Shown here piece by piece: positions 50,411 to 61,450 of a DNA stretch of 64,000 nt (positions are counted from its first letter, which is position 1; each line of letters opens with the position of its first letter). The notes below the pieces were generated by a model, which saw nothing but the letters and a program-made list of their open reading frames with translations, was not told the origin of the DNA and ran no database searches. A program made the position numbers and the translations under genes. This DNA comes from Ginglymostoma cirratum (taxonomy: Eukaryota): the NCBI GenBank assembly GCA_024137785.1, contig JAHRHZ010000040.1, forward strand, positions 9,527,649-9,591,648. The letters run 5' to 3'.

Positions 50411-52744
50411 GATTCTGTTGAGGATTTCAATTGTTATTGAGGGTTAGGGTGTTGTGCATGTTGCAGTAGAAGAATTATCCCAGTTAATCCTACATTCTAG
50501 GAAAGGGAAGACCCTCTCTCTCAGGAAGGGCTGGAAACCAGTTTTAAAGAAGGAATCAGGACTAAGAAACATCCATTAGCACACAAAACCAAGAATCATC
50601 AAAATTGTCAATATGACTGGAGGTGTGATGTTGTTTACAACTGAAGCTGATTGATTTGTGGGTTGTGGCCACTTATCAATTACAAAGGCCTTCGGCTTGC
50701 TAACAGTATTGGTTGTTAGGTATCTGAATAGCTTGGACTGCAAACAAGACAGAGGAAACCTAGTCAGACCCAAAGAGCAACCAACAGGTCTTCAGCAGCC
50801 AAAATCTCTCTCTCTCTCTTTTTCCATCAGTAAATACTGCAAGTAGTGACTTTGAATTGGATAAGTCAGAAACCTTTCCTTAGTGAAACAGCCACCTGTA
50901 TCCCTTGCAAACCAATGGAAGAATTTGGGAAGAGGAAGGTGAAAGAGGTTAGATCAACAAGAACTAACCCAAAAGATCGCATGAACAAGGACAACGGGGC
51001 TGTTTTCCCAGTTTTCTGTCTGCTGTGTGTTTTATTCTCCTGTTTCTGTCTGTCTGTTGATGAGAAATGGAGAGTTTATAAAGACTTTAGAGTTTTGAGA
51101 TGCAGAGTTAATTTAATTTAATTATTTACTTGTAGCTAGAATCTAATGAACTGTAATAAACAGCGATTTCTGTTACGTACAGAAACCTGGCCAATGCTTT
51201 CTACCTACCTGGGTCAGAAAATCAGGTAGTTTGATGATTTTGGGTATTTCTTTAAAAACGTTAACTTTTGTGATGATTTCAGGGATAGTGAGTAGTGACA
51301 TTATTTTGGTCAGGCTGATGTTCTTTAGGATTAGTTACATTTTCCCATGTTTCAACAATTGCAAAACCAAGTTGCTGAGGAGTCCACACTGGTGGAATAT
51401 CCGCTTTAAAAAAACCCAAAAGAACTGCGGATGCTATAAATCAGGAACAAAAACAAAGTTGCTGGAAAAGCTCAGCAGGTCTGCTGGAATATCTGCTTGC
51501 TGACTCATGAGCAAGAATTCTTTTCCCAATTGGTGTAGGTTAGGACACACTGAGCTCAGGACACCCATGTTTAAGCAGAAGTAAGGTTGGGTAGTAAAAA
51601 CTATTTGAATTGTGCAAATTACCACACAGCTTCAAAAAATTTGTTTTCGCTTACCAAGATAGGAGCATTCTTTTAGGGTGTTCACTTGCACTACTATTTA
51701 CAGACACATGGGAAGGTTTCCAGGCCTCAGCTACTCATATAGGCTCAGACTAGCTGTCAATCATCAAAGAGCTGTAAAACTTCCTGGCTTAACTATCCAA
51801 TTACCAAATGCACCACTGAGGGTCGACATGATTCTGAAATTCTTTCATTTGGTATGTCATCTTGACCCCAAGGGAACCTCACTTCCTCCTTTTGGGTTGT
51901 GACAACTTTGAATTTGGGAGCTTGCCACATAACATGCGTTCCTTATGTGCAGTGCATAACTCACCATAAAACAAATGAGCACATTGCCACCATCCGCCTG
52001 ACCGCAGCAAACACACACACTATCAATCAATCGTTCATTACTTGGAGTTAGGAGAACTTCAGCACAGTTTGCTTGCCTGCAACACAAACGTGGTAATTTC
52101 CACAAAGAGAAACAGCGGCATTAACAATGTTGACTTCTGCATAAACTTCAGCCGGTTTCTGCTTTCTTCGGGAAAGAAATCCACTGACAGCTTAACAAAT
52201 CCATTAGACGCCCTTGCATAATGGCTATAATCATTCTGAACAAGATGTAGACCTTTTTTTTCTGAAGCCAAAATACCACAATCATTTTTGCCATGTGGGA
52301 GAAATGCCCTTTTCACTACAACTGATGTGGTAATAAAGTGGTGAAACTCTATATTAAATATATATATAGTGCCCGTGAAAGATGGCAACAGAGAATGTTC
52401 TTGTAAAATGGCCATTCAGGGTTGCTGAGAATTGCCAAAAACATAGGTGGATATTTAAAGAGCTGAATGGACATCGTTGAAGGAAATGTATATTCCTCAC
52501 TTGTTAATGCCTTTGGTTTAATTTTTTGCTGCGCTATATGCGCCATTTGCAGCATGGCTGTTATTTACCTCATTTCCCATTTAAGGGAATGCAAGATAAG
52601 TTCTCCTACTGTGTTTCTGATATTTGACAGAAACAAATGGAGGCCAGACTGCTCAGACAATGTCCAAGTTTCACAGTCTCCATCCATCCCTACCACCACA
52701 TCAGAACACAGCTAAGGAATATTCTATTAGGCAAAAGGTTGATA

Positions 52745-53842
52745 ATCACATGATGGGATAATATTTTCGATATTATGCACATGGACCTCCAAAAGGCATT
52801 TGATGAAGTGCCATTTAACAGGTTTGTCAGCAAAGTTGAAGCCCTGAAATGAAAGGAACTATGGTAGCATGGATACAAGAGAATAACGAACAGTTATTTT
52901 TCTGTCAGACTGCAGGAGCTGGTAGATAATGGGTTCCCTAGGATCAGTAACAGGACTGCAGCCTTACCTGATCTATTTTAACCATGTGGATTTTGGTGTG
53001 AACGACACAATTTGCAAATTTGCAGTGACAAAAACTTGGATGTGTTGTGAGCTATGACAAGAATCGTAACCTTGTGCATTCACAGGAACATGGAATGGAG
53101 AGACATGTGGCAGGTGAAATTTAACCCAGCTAAGTGTGACGTTGTGAAACTTTGGGAGGAAAATGGAGGAGAAATGATATATAATAAAACATTCAATTCT
53201 AAAAGAGACGCAAGAGGAAGGGACCTGAAGGTATATGCGCACATATTAGGACAGTTTGAGAAAATGGTTAGGAAGAAATGTGTAAAAAGAAAAGAGATTT
53301 CTGTGAACTTTTATAAAGTGCTGATTCAACCTCAACTGAACTATTGTATCCAATTCTGGGCACTGTACTTCAGGAAGAATGTATTAGACAGGATGTAGAA
53401 TGGGTTTCCAAGAATGGCTCCAGGAATGTAAGATTGCCATTATGAAGCTGGACTTATGAAGCTGGGGCTGCTCTTCTTGGACGAAGAGATGGCTGACAGG
53501 AGGTTTGATAGAGACATTTAAAATTGTGAGGAACCAGGACAGAGTAAATAGGGGGGGAAACTATAATGATTAGTTAAAGGAGAATCACCAATTCAGGTGA
53601 ATAACAAAATAAAAGATTTGTTTCCTCAGCAAGTAGTCAGGATCTGGAATACACATCCTGACAGTGTGGTGGAGGCCATTCAATTATGACTTCTGAAAGA
53701 GGGTTGGATTATTCACTGAGGTAGAAAACTTTGCAAGGGGGACAGGAGATGAATGGGGCTAGGTGAGTTATGCATACAGACAGCGACATAAACAGGTTAG
53801 GCCAAGTGGCCTTGTTCTGTGCTATAACCATTCTATGATTCT
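52745..53842 (+). mobile_element. Decayed CR1 LINE (RT to 3' end)
   Basis: Reads MDLQKAFDEVP, WQVKFNPAKC and YKVLIQPQLNYCIQFW; tail ATTCTATGATTCT. Confidence 0.85.
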
Positions 53843-53989
53843 TGAGCTATATATCCCATTGTCTTTGTAAGGAGTAGCATAACCCAAAGTTCTGCTTCCC
53901 TAAGGAAGCCTCACTGAGCAGTGCTACTTTTGTTGCAAATTGGTCAACATTGATCAGATTTTTGATGTTATTACACTTTGTTGTGCTAT

Positions 53990-54004
53990 GGTGCCCTCTA
54001 GTGT
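53990..54004 (-). promoter_or_regulatory. CTCF-like motif (reverse orientation)
   Basis: Minus strand ACACTAGAGGGCACC versus core consensus CCACYAGRKGGCRSY. Confidence 0.5.
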
Positions 54005-54447
54005 ACTATAAAACTAATAACTGAGATTGCTCATTTATCTGATATGTAATACTCATAAGGCTCAGTACAATTCCTTAAAGGCTGGAACACAACTATAATA
54101 ATTATTTTTAAATCATGTTGGAAAGAAGATGTGACCATGATATCAAGGTTTGGAAAAACCTCATCAAACACTAGGAGGTAAATAGAAAGCAATGATTGGG
54201 AACAAACTGAAAGAGTTTCATATTCATTATTTTATTTTCCAAAATGTCTATATTGCAATTCCATAATGTTAATCTTAAACATGACATCAGATTTAGGTAA
54301 ACATGTACAGAATCAAAACAGAAATTAAAGAATCTGTAGGTATCTGAAGAGAAAAAGACCAGTGAAGACAAACGTAGTCCCTTCCAATCAGAACCTGTAG
54401 TCATTATAATTTGGGACTAAAGGGATGGTCAACCAGTTATGTACATA

Positions 54448-54569
54448 GATAAAAGGTACTGCAGATGCTGGAGAATCCGAGATAACAAGCATCAGGCTGG
54501 ATGAACACAGCAGGTCAAGCAGCATCATAGGTTGCCGCTTGACCTACTGTGTTCATCCAGCCTCATGCT
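54448..54569. mobile_element. Palindromic family A-type insertion with 13-bp TSD (one mismatch)
   Basis: 43-bp arms at 54482-54524 and 54533-54575. AGTTATRTACATA occurs at 54435-54447 and 54570-54582. Confidence 0.8.
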
Positions 54570-54582
54570 AGTTATATACATA

Positions 54583-55385
54583 CTTTGCTTATCTTCACAA
54601 AGGAGGACGCAAATGTTGTCTCAAAAATATTGGGAAACACAGGTTCTAGTAAGAGGCAAGAATTGAATGAAATCAATATTAGTAGGGAAATGGTGTTGGG
54701 GAGCTTTAAAGGTCAATAAATGCTCAGGGCCTTTTAATCTCCCTCCCAGAGTATTTAAAAACGTCACCTTGGAAATTTCATAGAATTTCAAATCTTCATA
54801 GAATCCCTACAGTGTGAAAACAGGCCCTTCGGCCCAACATGCATTGGTGGACATCTTTCAGATTGTAATGATTCTGGAACAGTTCCGTGAATTGAAGACC
54901 ATGAAAATTTTGCAGTCCATTATAACAGATTCAATAGTCGAATTCTTGGAAAATGGTGGCAGGACCAGACAGTCAGCATGGATCTATATAATGGAAACCA
55001 TGCTTGGCAATTGCAGTGACCTTTTTTGTAGATGTAACTAATAGAGTTGTTAAGGAGAGCTAGTGGATGTGATTTACTTGGATTTTCAGAAGGCTTTCGA
55101 TAAGGTCCCACTTAAGAGATTAACATGCACAACTAAAGTACTTGGGATTGGGTGTTGTTTGGATAGATAACTGGTTGGCAACAGGAAGCAAAGAGTAGGA
55201 ATAGTGGGTCATTTTTCAAGCGGCAGGCAGTGAATAGTGGGATACCATAGGGATCAGTGCTAGGGCCCCAGCTCTTCAGAACATACATAGTTTAGTTTAG
55301 GGAACAAAATGTAATATCTCCAAGCAGATGACACAAAGCTAGATGAGAGGGTAATCTTTGAGGAGGATGCAGAGATGCTTCGATT
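54583..55385 (+). mobile_element. CR1 ORF2 internal fragment
   Basis: Reads F..FTKED, VDVIYLDFQKAFDKVP and GSVLGP in broken frames. Confidence 0.8.
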
Positions 55386-56229
55386 TGCCTTTCCACCGCT
55401 GTTTAATTTTTATTTAATCTATTTTTCTAATCAACCTGTTCAGAGATATTATTACACGCCTCTGGAGGGAGGCCTCCAGGTCTTCTAGTCCAGTGTGGGG
55501 TCACTAACTCTATCGATATAACTTTTGTTTCTTTTTTCCCTCATATTTCTCTATCTTTCCCTTATATCTCAAGGAGTAGTATCTAAAGAAGAGCATAGAT
55601 TTTCCCCCTTTATAAGGAGTAGAAGGAACAACAGTGGGATCTAATGGTGAGAGGATGGGAGTAATAGGTGATGTTATAGTGCAAAGCCAATTCATTGTCA
55701 GTTAAAGCTTAAGTCCTCACAGTCAGGTGTCACCAGGAATGTTCCATGGTCCATCCTCCAAATTTGCCATCTCCAAAGGAGAGGCGACTGGTGGCTATAG
55801 TCAATAAATCACCAGTGCTGCAACTTTGTTATCTTGAACATTCAAGCAGTTCTAAGGAACTGGCAATTATTTTTTCTGCTTTTCTCTTGCATTCTCCATG
55901 CAAGGTGTGAGAAATAGACCTGATAACTCTACATCATTGGTTGGGAGCTCTCTAAAACATGGGCTCAATGACGGACTCTGAGGGCTGAACCTGTGAAAAC
56001 TCTAAATAAGTGGTACAGCTGGGCAAACAGTGGGAATCTTATAAATGCCCTGTGCTAGTAAGCTGTCTAAATTTAGCTGATTCAATGGCAGTAGAACTCC
56101 TGATGATATTTGCCAGGATGGTGTGGCGTACTGTAGGCATTGGATATTGCTATTCAGAGTTTACAGTGTCAGGAACTGAGTCCCTGGGCCACATTCTTTG
56201 TTGGAGACAATGAGCACATAAGGCAAACT

Positions 56230-56970
56230 TCCCCTTAACGAAAGAAATCTGCCATCCTAACCTGGTCTGGTCTGCCTGTGACTTCAGACCTACAGCAATG
56301 TGTTAGAGTCTTAGTTGCCCTTCTAAATGGTCTAGCAAGCCTTCCAACTCAAGGTTAGTTAGGGATAAGCACCAAAATGCTGACCTTGCCTGCAGCGCTC
56401 ACATCTGTGAAATAATAAAAAGGAGAACTTACTATGTAAGTATTACTTTATCATCAACTTTCCATAGAGCCAGGAAAACCAGGAAGACTCCTCGCATCTG
56501 CTCAGTTCTAAAGGCTGACATCTCCTGATGCCTACTTCCTCATTCATGGGATGTGGGCTCGCGGGATAAGCATGCATTTATTGTCCATCCCTAGGTGTCC
56601 TGGTGATAGTGGTGGTGAATTTTTTTTTCACATAACACTGCAGTCCATGTACTGTAGGTCCACCCATAATGCTGTTAGGGAATGGAGTTCCAGGATCTTG
56701 ACCCAACAACAGTGAAGGTACGGCAATCTATATCTAAGTCTGGACGTTGAGTGGCTTGGAGGGGAAATGGCAGGTGGTGGTGACGTTCCCATGTATCTGC
56801 TGTTCTCGTCTTTCTCAATGGAAGTGGTTGTAGGTTTGGAAGATGCTACCTAAGGAGATTTGGTCAATTCCTGAAGTACATTTTGCAGAAGGTACACAAT
56901 GTTGCCACAGAGTGTCAATGATGGAGGGAGTGGTTGTTTGTGGATGTGCTGTCAATTAAGAGAGCTGCTT
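56230..56970. mobile_element. SINE tail (56230-56420, +) and CR1/L2-group LINE 3' fragment (56540-56970, -)
   Basis: Homologous to the elements at 4224 and 2146. Confidence 0.7.
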
Positions 56971-57245
56971 TTAGGAATGTAACTGAAAACCAAAATGGGG
57001 CATGCAGGTGCTAACCCACTCCACACATCAGCCTTCCAAAAGTTGCAATGGCATTGGATGGAGGATTTTTCAAGAATATATACTCTTGAACAGCAACAAA
57101 AATAACTTTGCAACTAAAGTGAACTAATCCCATGTACTGCTGAAGTCAATAATCTTTTCAAGAACTTTGAAGAAGCATTCGGTTGGTAAACCAATTTTTT
57201 GGCTCTTTGACTGAGTACAGCAATACAAGGTAATTTATTGTATTT

Positions 57246-57260
57246 CCACAAGATGGCAAC
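57246..57260 (+). promoter_or_regulatory. CTCF-like motif (forward orientation)
   Basis: CCACAAGATGGCAAC in repeat-free sequence. Confidence 0.45.
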
Positions 57261-58479
57261 GCTACATCACAGCCGAGCTGAAACCCCGCAGACAGGGCTT
57301 TAATACATTTTAAAATGGAAACATTTCAGCAGATGTGAATGTTAAAGTTGGTAATGACAAAGCTCAGAATTTGTTACGTTTTTAAAGTTTCCAGGAATGT
57401 TTCGAAAAAGTTCTAAAACTCTTTCCCTCTTGCAGGGCAGACACACTATTGCACCACTGACCATACTGAATTCCTAGTGGGAGCCTATAGAAGTAGGATC
57501 TGTATTGTCGCGTTGAATAAATTAGATCCAAAATTTGTTTTTGATTAAACCATATTTCACATAAAAGAGATTGCACAGGATTTGAGCCTTTTCTGATCTT
57601 AGGATGCCCCAAGTGATTTGACAACCGATATGATGTAATCAACTTGCAAGGTCAATGTTCGTGGACACCAGGTGTATCAAGGGATATGGCAGTAACGTGG
57701 ATTTAAGATCAAAAATAACCTTTTTGAAGAGCAGAGCAAGACCAAAAGACAATGTCTCCGACTCCTACTTCTTACATTTTATCTGTGCTCTAGCCAACAT
57801 TTCCAGCTCACGGCCCTGGAATGCTGGTTAAACTTATATTGGACTCTGAGCCAGGAATGCTGGCATTCAAAGACATTGAAGATGCCACTATATTGGCCCA
57901 GCCTTGCGCTGGAAGTTTGGTAGTTCCAAATCATTTGACAGAGAAGCTCAGAAACAAAATAATCCAAATATGAGACAGGGTCTGGGCACCTGCCAACACA
58001 TCCATCGAGTGACACAATGCCCATTTCTAGGTCATGTGGTTTTTTTAAAGTGACCATAAACTAGAAAAAGTGTTGACCAGTTTGTGAAATAAATTGAATT
58101 TATAAACCCTTCCTCAGTTGGTTATAATTCATTAAGGTACACAGGGAAGGTAAAGGAGGTGTTTGAGATGTTGGCTAATAGTTATTATTAGCATATTAGG
58201 ATGTAGGCCTGGATTTTCCTGATTTTCTGGAAGGAAAAGACAGGCCCACAGCAATCAAAAAGCCTGCTGGATTTTCCAACAATCTGGCAGCTGATTGGAT
58301 GATGGCTTGCTTCCTGCCAGAATTAGGATTCCAGAGCACGAAAATCAGGCTGCTAAGAAAACAGAAGCAGGTAGCTCCAGAACGCAATAGCACATGTTGC
58401 AGGTTGTTACTAGGGCAACATGCCCCAACTCCTGGATGGAGGATTACTGCCGGAACAGGAAAGTATTTTTTGTACTGAG

Positions 58480-58718
58480 ACATAGAAAGTAGGAGCAGGA
58501 ATAGGCTATTCAGCCCACTGAGTCTGCTCCACTGTTCAATATGGTCATGACTGATCACCTTAGTACCCTCTTCCTGCTTTCTCCCCATATCCGTTAATCC
58601 TTTTAGGCTTAAGAATAACATCTAATGTCTTCTTGGAAATATTCAATGTTCTGGCCTCAGCCACTTTCTGTGACAGAAAATCCACAGGCTCACCACTCTG
58701 TGGGTGAAGAATTTCTCT
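58480..58718 (-). mobile_element. CR1 LINE 3' end
   Basis: CATAGAAAGTAGGAGCAGGAATAGGC...CACCACTCTGTGGGTGAAGAATTTCTC. Confidence 0.8.
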
Positions 58719-60944
58719 CGAGTGGGGTTTGCTGAGTTTGGGGGTCACAAGGAAGTTACAGGAGTTGGGGGTGTGTGAAGAGGAGTTCAGAAGTGAGAAC
58801 TATGGTGTGTCTCTTAATTGTCAAGGCCTCAGTTGGAGGTGAGGAGATAAAACTAGCCATCCCCAGACCACTTTTTAGAAGGGGCCAATTCTACATCATT
58901 AACATCAGTTGGTGGGCAAAACATTGGAATTTTTAATTAATGGTAACATTGGTAAAAATCTAAGCAGATAAGAGGAAGGAGCAGCACTTCAAAGTGAAAG
59001 GATGCCATGTGGTAGGTAAGAAAGTACTGAAATGGGTCACAAAATACCAAATACAAAAGAGTAGCTTTCTGGGTTATTTGGGAGGGGGCAGTGGAAGTGG
59101 AGGAGGTGGGGGATCCCAGGTTATTGAAGTCTTAATGTTTCTTCATGAAGCTCAGAGGAACATTCCTGCTCGTGGAAACCAAAAGTAAACTGATTACATC
59201 AATTTTTAAAACTTTTTTTTAAACTTCTCTGTCGCCAGGTTTCATTGCTTCCACTCACTATGACTTGTACGGCCCTGCATAAAATTCCATTCCTAATGAC
59301 ATTGAAGGGCCTGACTTCAGCATAATTACGAGGTTTTTGCCGACTTGCAGTGAGCACACACAGAGTTAACGATGGAGAACAGCAAACTGGTACTTCCTCA
59401 ACTTTAAACCCTTTGTCTGACTCGTTGGATGAAAGAATGAATTGTGGTTGTGGTTCTTTATTTTATTTTGCAGCAATTTCTTTTGTTACTGCTTTGTGTA
59501 AGAAGTAACATCTCAATAAATTGTACCTAAGATGATGAGTTACCAAACATTCACTTCAGATAAGGCATAAGCTGGCCAAATGCTTGTACTGGCACTTTGA
59601 AATGTTTGATGCATTGAATCATTTGGTTGTGTAGATTATAATTGATACCTGGGATAAAATGGAATGAAATCGAACACATTTTCATTATTTATCAAAATCC
59701 CTCACTTTATCAAGCAGAAAGCAATACTAACATGAGTGAGAATTGGATTTTTAATTTGCAGAAACTCCTTTTACCAGCATGTAATAAAACACTGAGTCCG
59801 ACCCTTGGGTATGCTGGCAATGAATATGATTAATATGGTGCCCTGAGGCTGATACACCAGGGTTGTGGCTTCCAGTTTAGCCAATAGGGGGAGATGCATG
59901 CTTTTGTGCTTTAAATGCCGATGACATCCTACTGCATAAATATAGCTTCGCTTAAATAAAGTTTCATTTTATCCCTTCTCTGTGAAAATCTTTGAAAGAG
60001 GTTTCTGGCTTGTTGTTTCCTGCCTTTATGAATTTCCTACAGGGGCCTTCAAACATTAATATTGCAATGGATTCATATTCTGAATGTCTAATTTTAGAGC
60101 CTAACCATATGAAATGAGATCTATATTTATTTTACTGTGGAGCGCAGGTTGCCATCTGATTTCAGTGAAGCCACAGCAATGTTCGAAACTTGGTCAGACC
60201 TGCAGAGAAGGTGAAGAGCAGAGGGGAAACATCCCACAGAAATAGAGAGAGAAAAAAGAACATAGCTCCAGGACTGTTGATTCTAGGGGCTCGTATTCAC
60301 AGTTACATATTATAGGCAGCCAACCATTTGTGAGTATTTTTCAGATAGTTTGTTGATTTGTAAGAAGCAGCAGCTTGGATATGACACATTAATTAATTAG
60401 ATCATGAAAGTACACAACTGTAACAATTGGGATGGTTGACTGATACCAGAGGACAGGCTGTTGGGGTAGAATATGTCTCTCATTAAAGTGGTGGAGACAG
60501 AATCTTCTTCTCTAGCTAAGATGTTAGGGAACTCTTCCTTGGGGCTTCTTTCTCCTCTTCTTTCGGCCCATGTTTTATTTAGAGAGGACAGCAGCTGGGA
60601 CAAGGACAGCCTTCTACGTGGCCCTCCCTGATGAGGACTGCCCTCCGCCCCTAACCGCTTCTTAATATGACCCACTTTCTAGGGACTGATAGATTACATT
60701 ATACCAATCAATTGCCTGGATGCCTTTGGCCAATGATCATGGGGCAGCTACTCACGACATTGAATGACTGCCGTCCCTTCACCCACCTCCATTTGAAAGT
60801 TAGTTTTTATTCCTTCTAAGGACAAAACCATTTTATTTTTCAAAACATTGTATTCACAATTGGGTAGTGTGCTGCCAATAAATCTTTTGTTTACACTGTA
60901 GAAAGCTAGTTACTGCTGTAAAACTGTTAAATGAGATCTCATAT

Positions 60945-61450
60945 CAAGTTGGCAGCAGAGTAGGGCACTACTGTCAGATCTCGTTTGCTCCACCCCTTCT
61001 CATTCTTTTCTCCTTTTTGTTTTTGTTTTTCTTCCTCTCTGATTTTTTTTTCTTCTTCTTCTCCTTCTTCTTTCTGTCTCTTGGACTCCTGGCCTCTGGC
61101 GATGATTCTGGCCTCCAGTGAGATCCAGACCCCTGGCTTTGTACTCCCGGCCTGCGGAGTGGCCTCTTGCCATGGCATGGCAACTTCCCGACCTCTCACA
61201 GAGACTTCCTGGCATTGGCATGGCGACTTCCTGACCTGGCGTTGGCATGGCGACTTCCTGACCCAGCGCTGGCATTGCGACTTCCCGACCTGGCGTTGAC
61301 ATGGTGACTTTCTGACCTCCCACAGCAGTGTGGTATGTCACCAGCGCGGTGTGGAGACAGGACCCTGTGTGGACTGGAAGTTAGCTGCCAGCATGGTGTG
61401 TCGTACTGAACTTCTATTTCTGTAATGCTGGACATTTTATTTCTCCTTTC
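60945..61450 (+). mobile_element. Second copy of the YY1-like-head element, with an internal minisatellite
   Basis: Head shared with 25388, then a pyrimidine tract and GC-rich tandem repeats. Confidence 0.5.
61210..61317. repeat. 27-bp minisatellite, 4 tandem units plus one upstream unit at 61167-61193
   Basis: Unit TGGCGTTGGCATGGCGACTTCCTGACC starts at 61210, 61237, 61264 and 61291. Confidence 0.92.

Noticed and set aside
50450-51330. Possible solo LTR (similar impressions at 200-640 and 46380-46720)
   Set aside because: I could not define TG...CA ends, a TSD or a second copy in the window.
61167-61317. CRISPR-like array
   Set aside because: Units are directly tandem with no unique spacers, and the DNA is eukaryotic.
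60939-61435. Overlapping ORFs with 9-aa repeats and Lys/Arg/Glu runs
   Set aside because: Artefacts of the 27-bp minisatellite and the pyrimidine tract.
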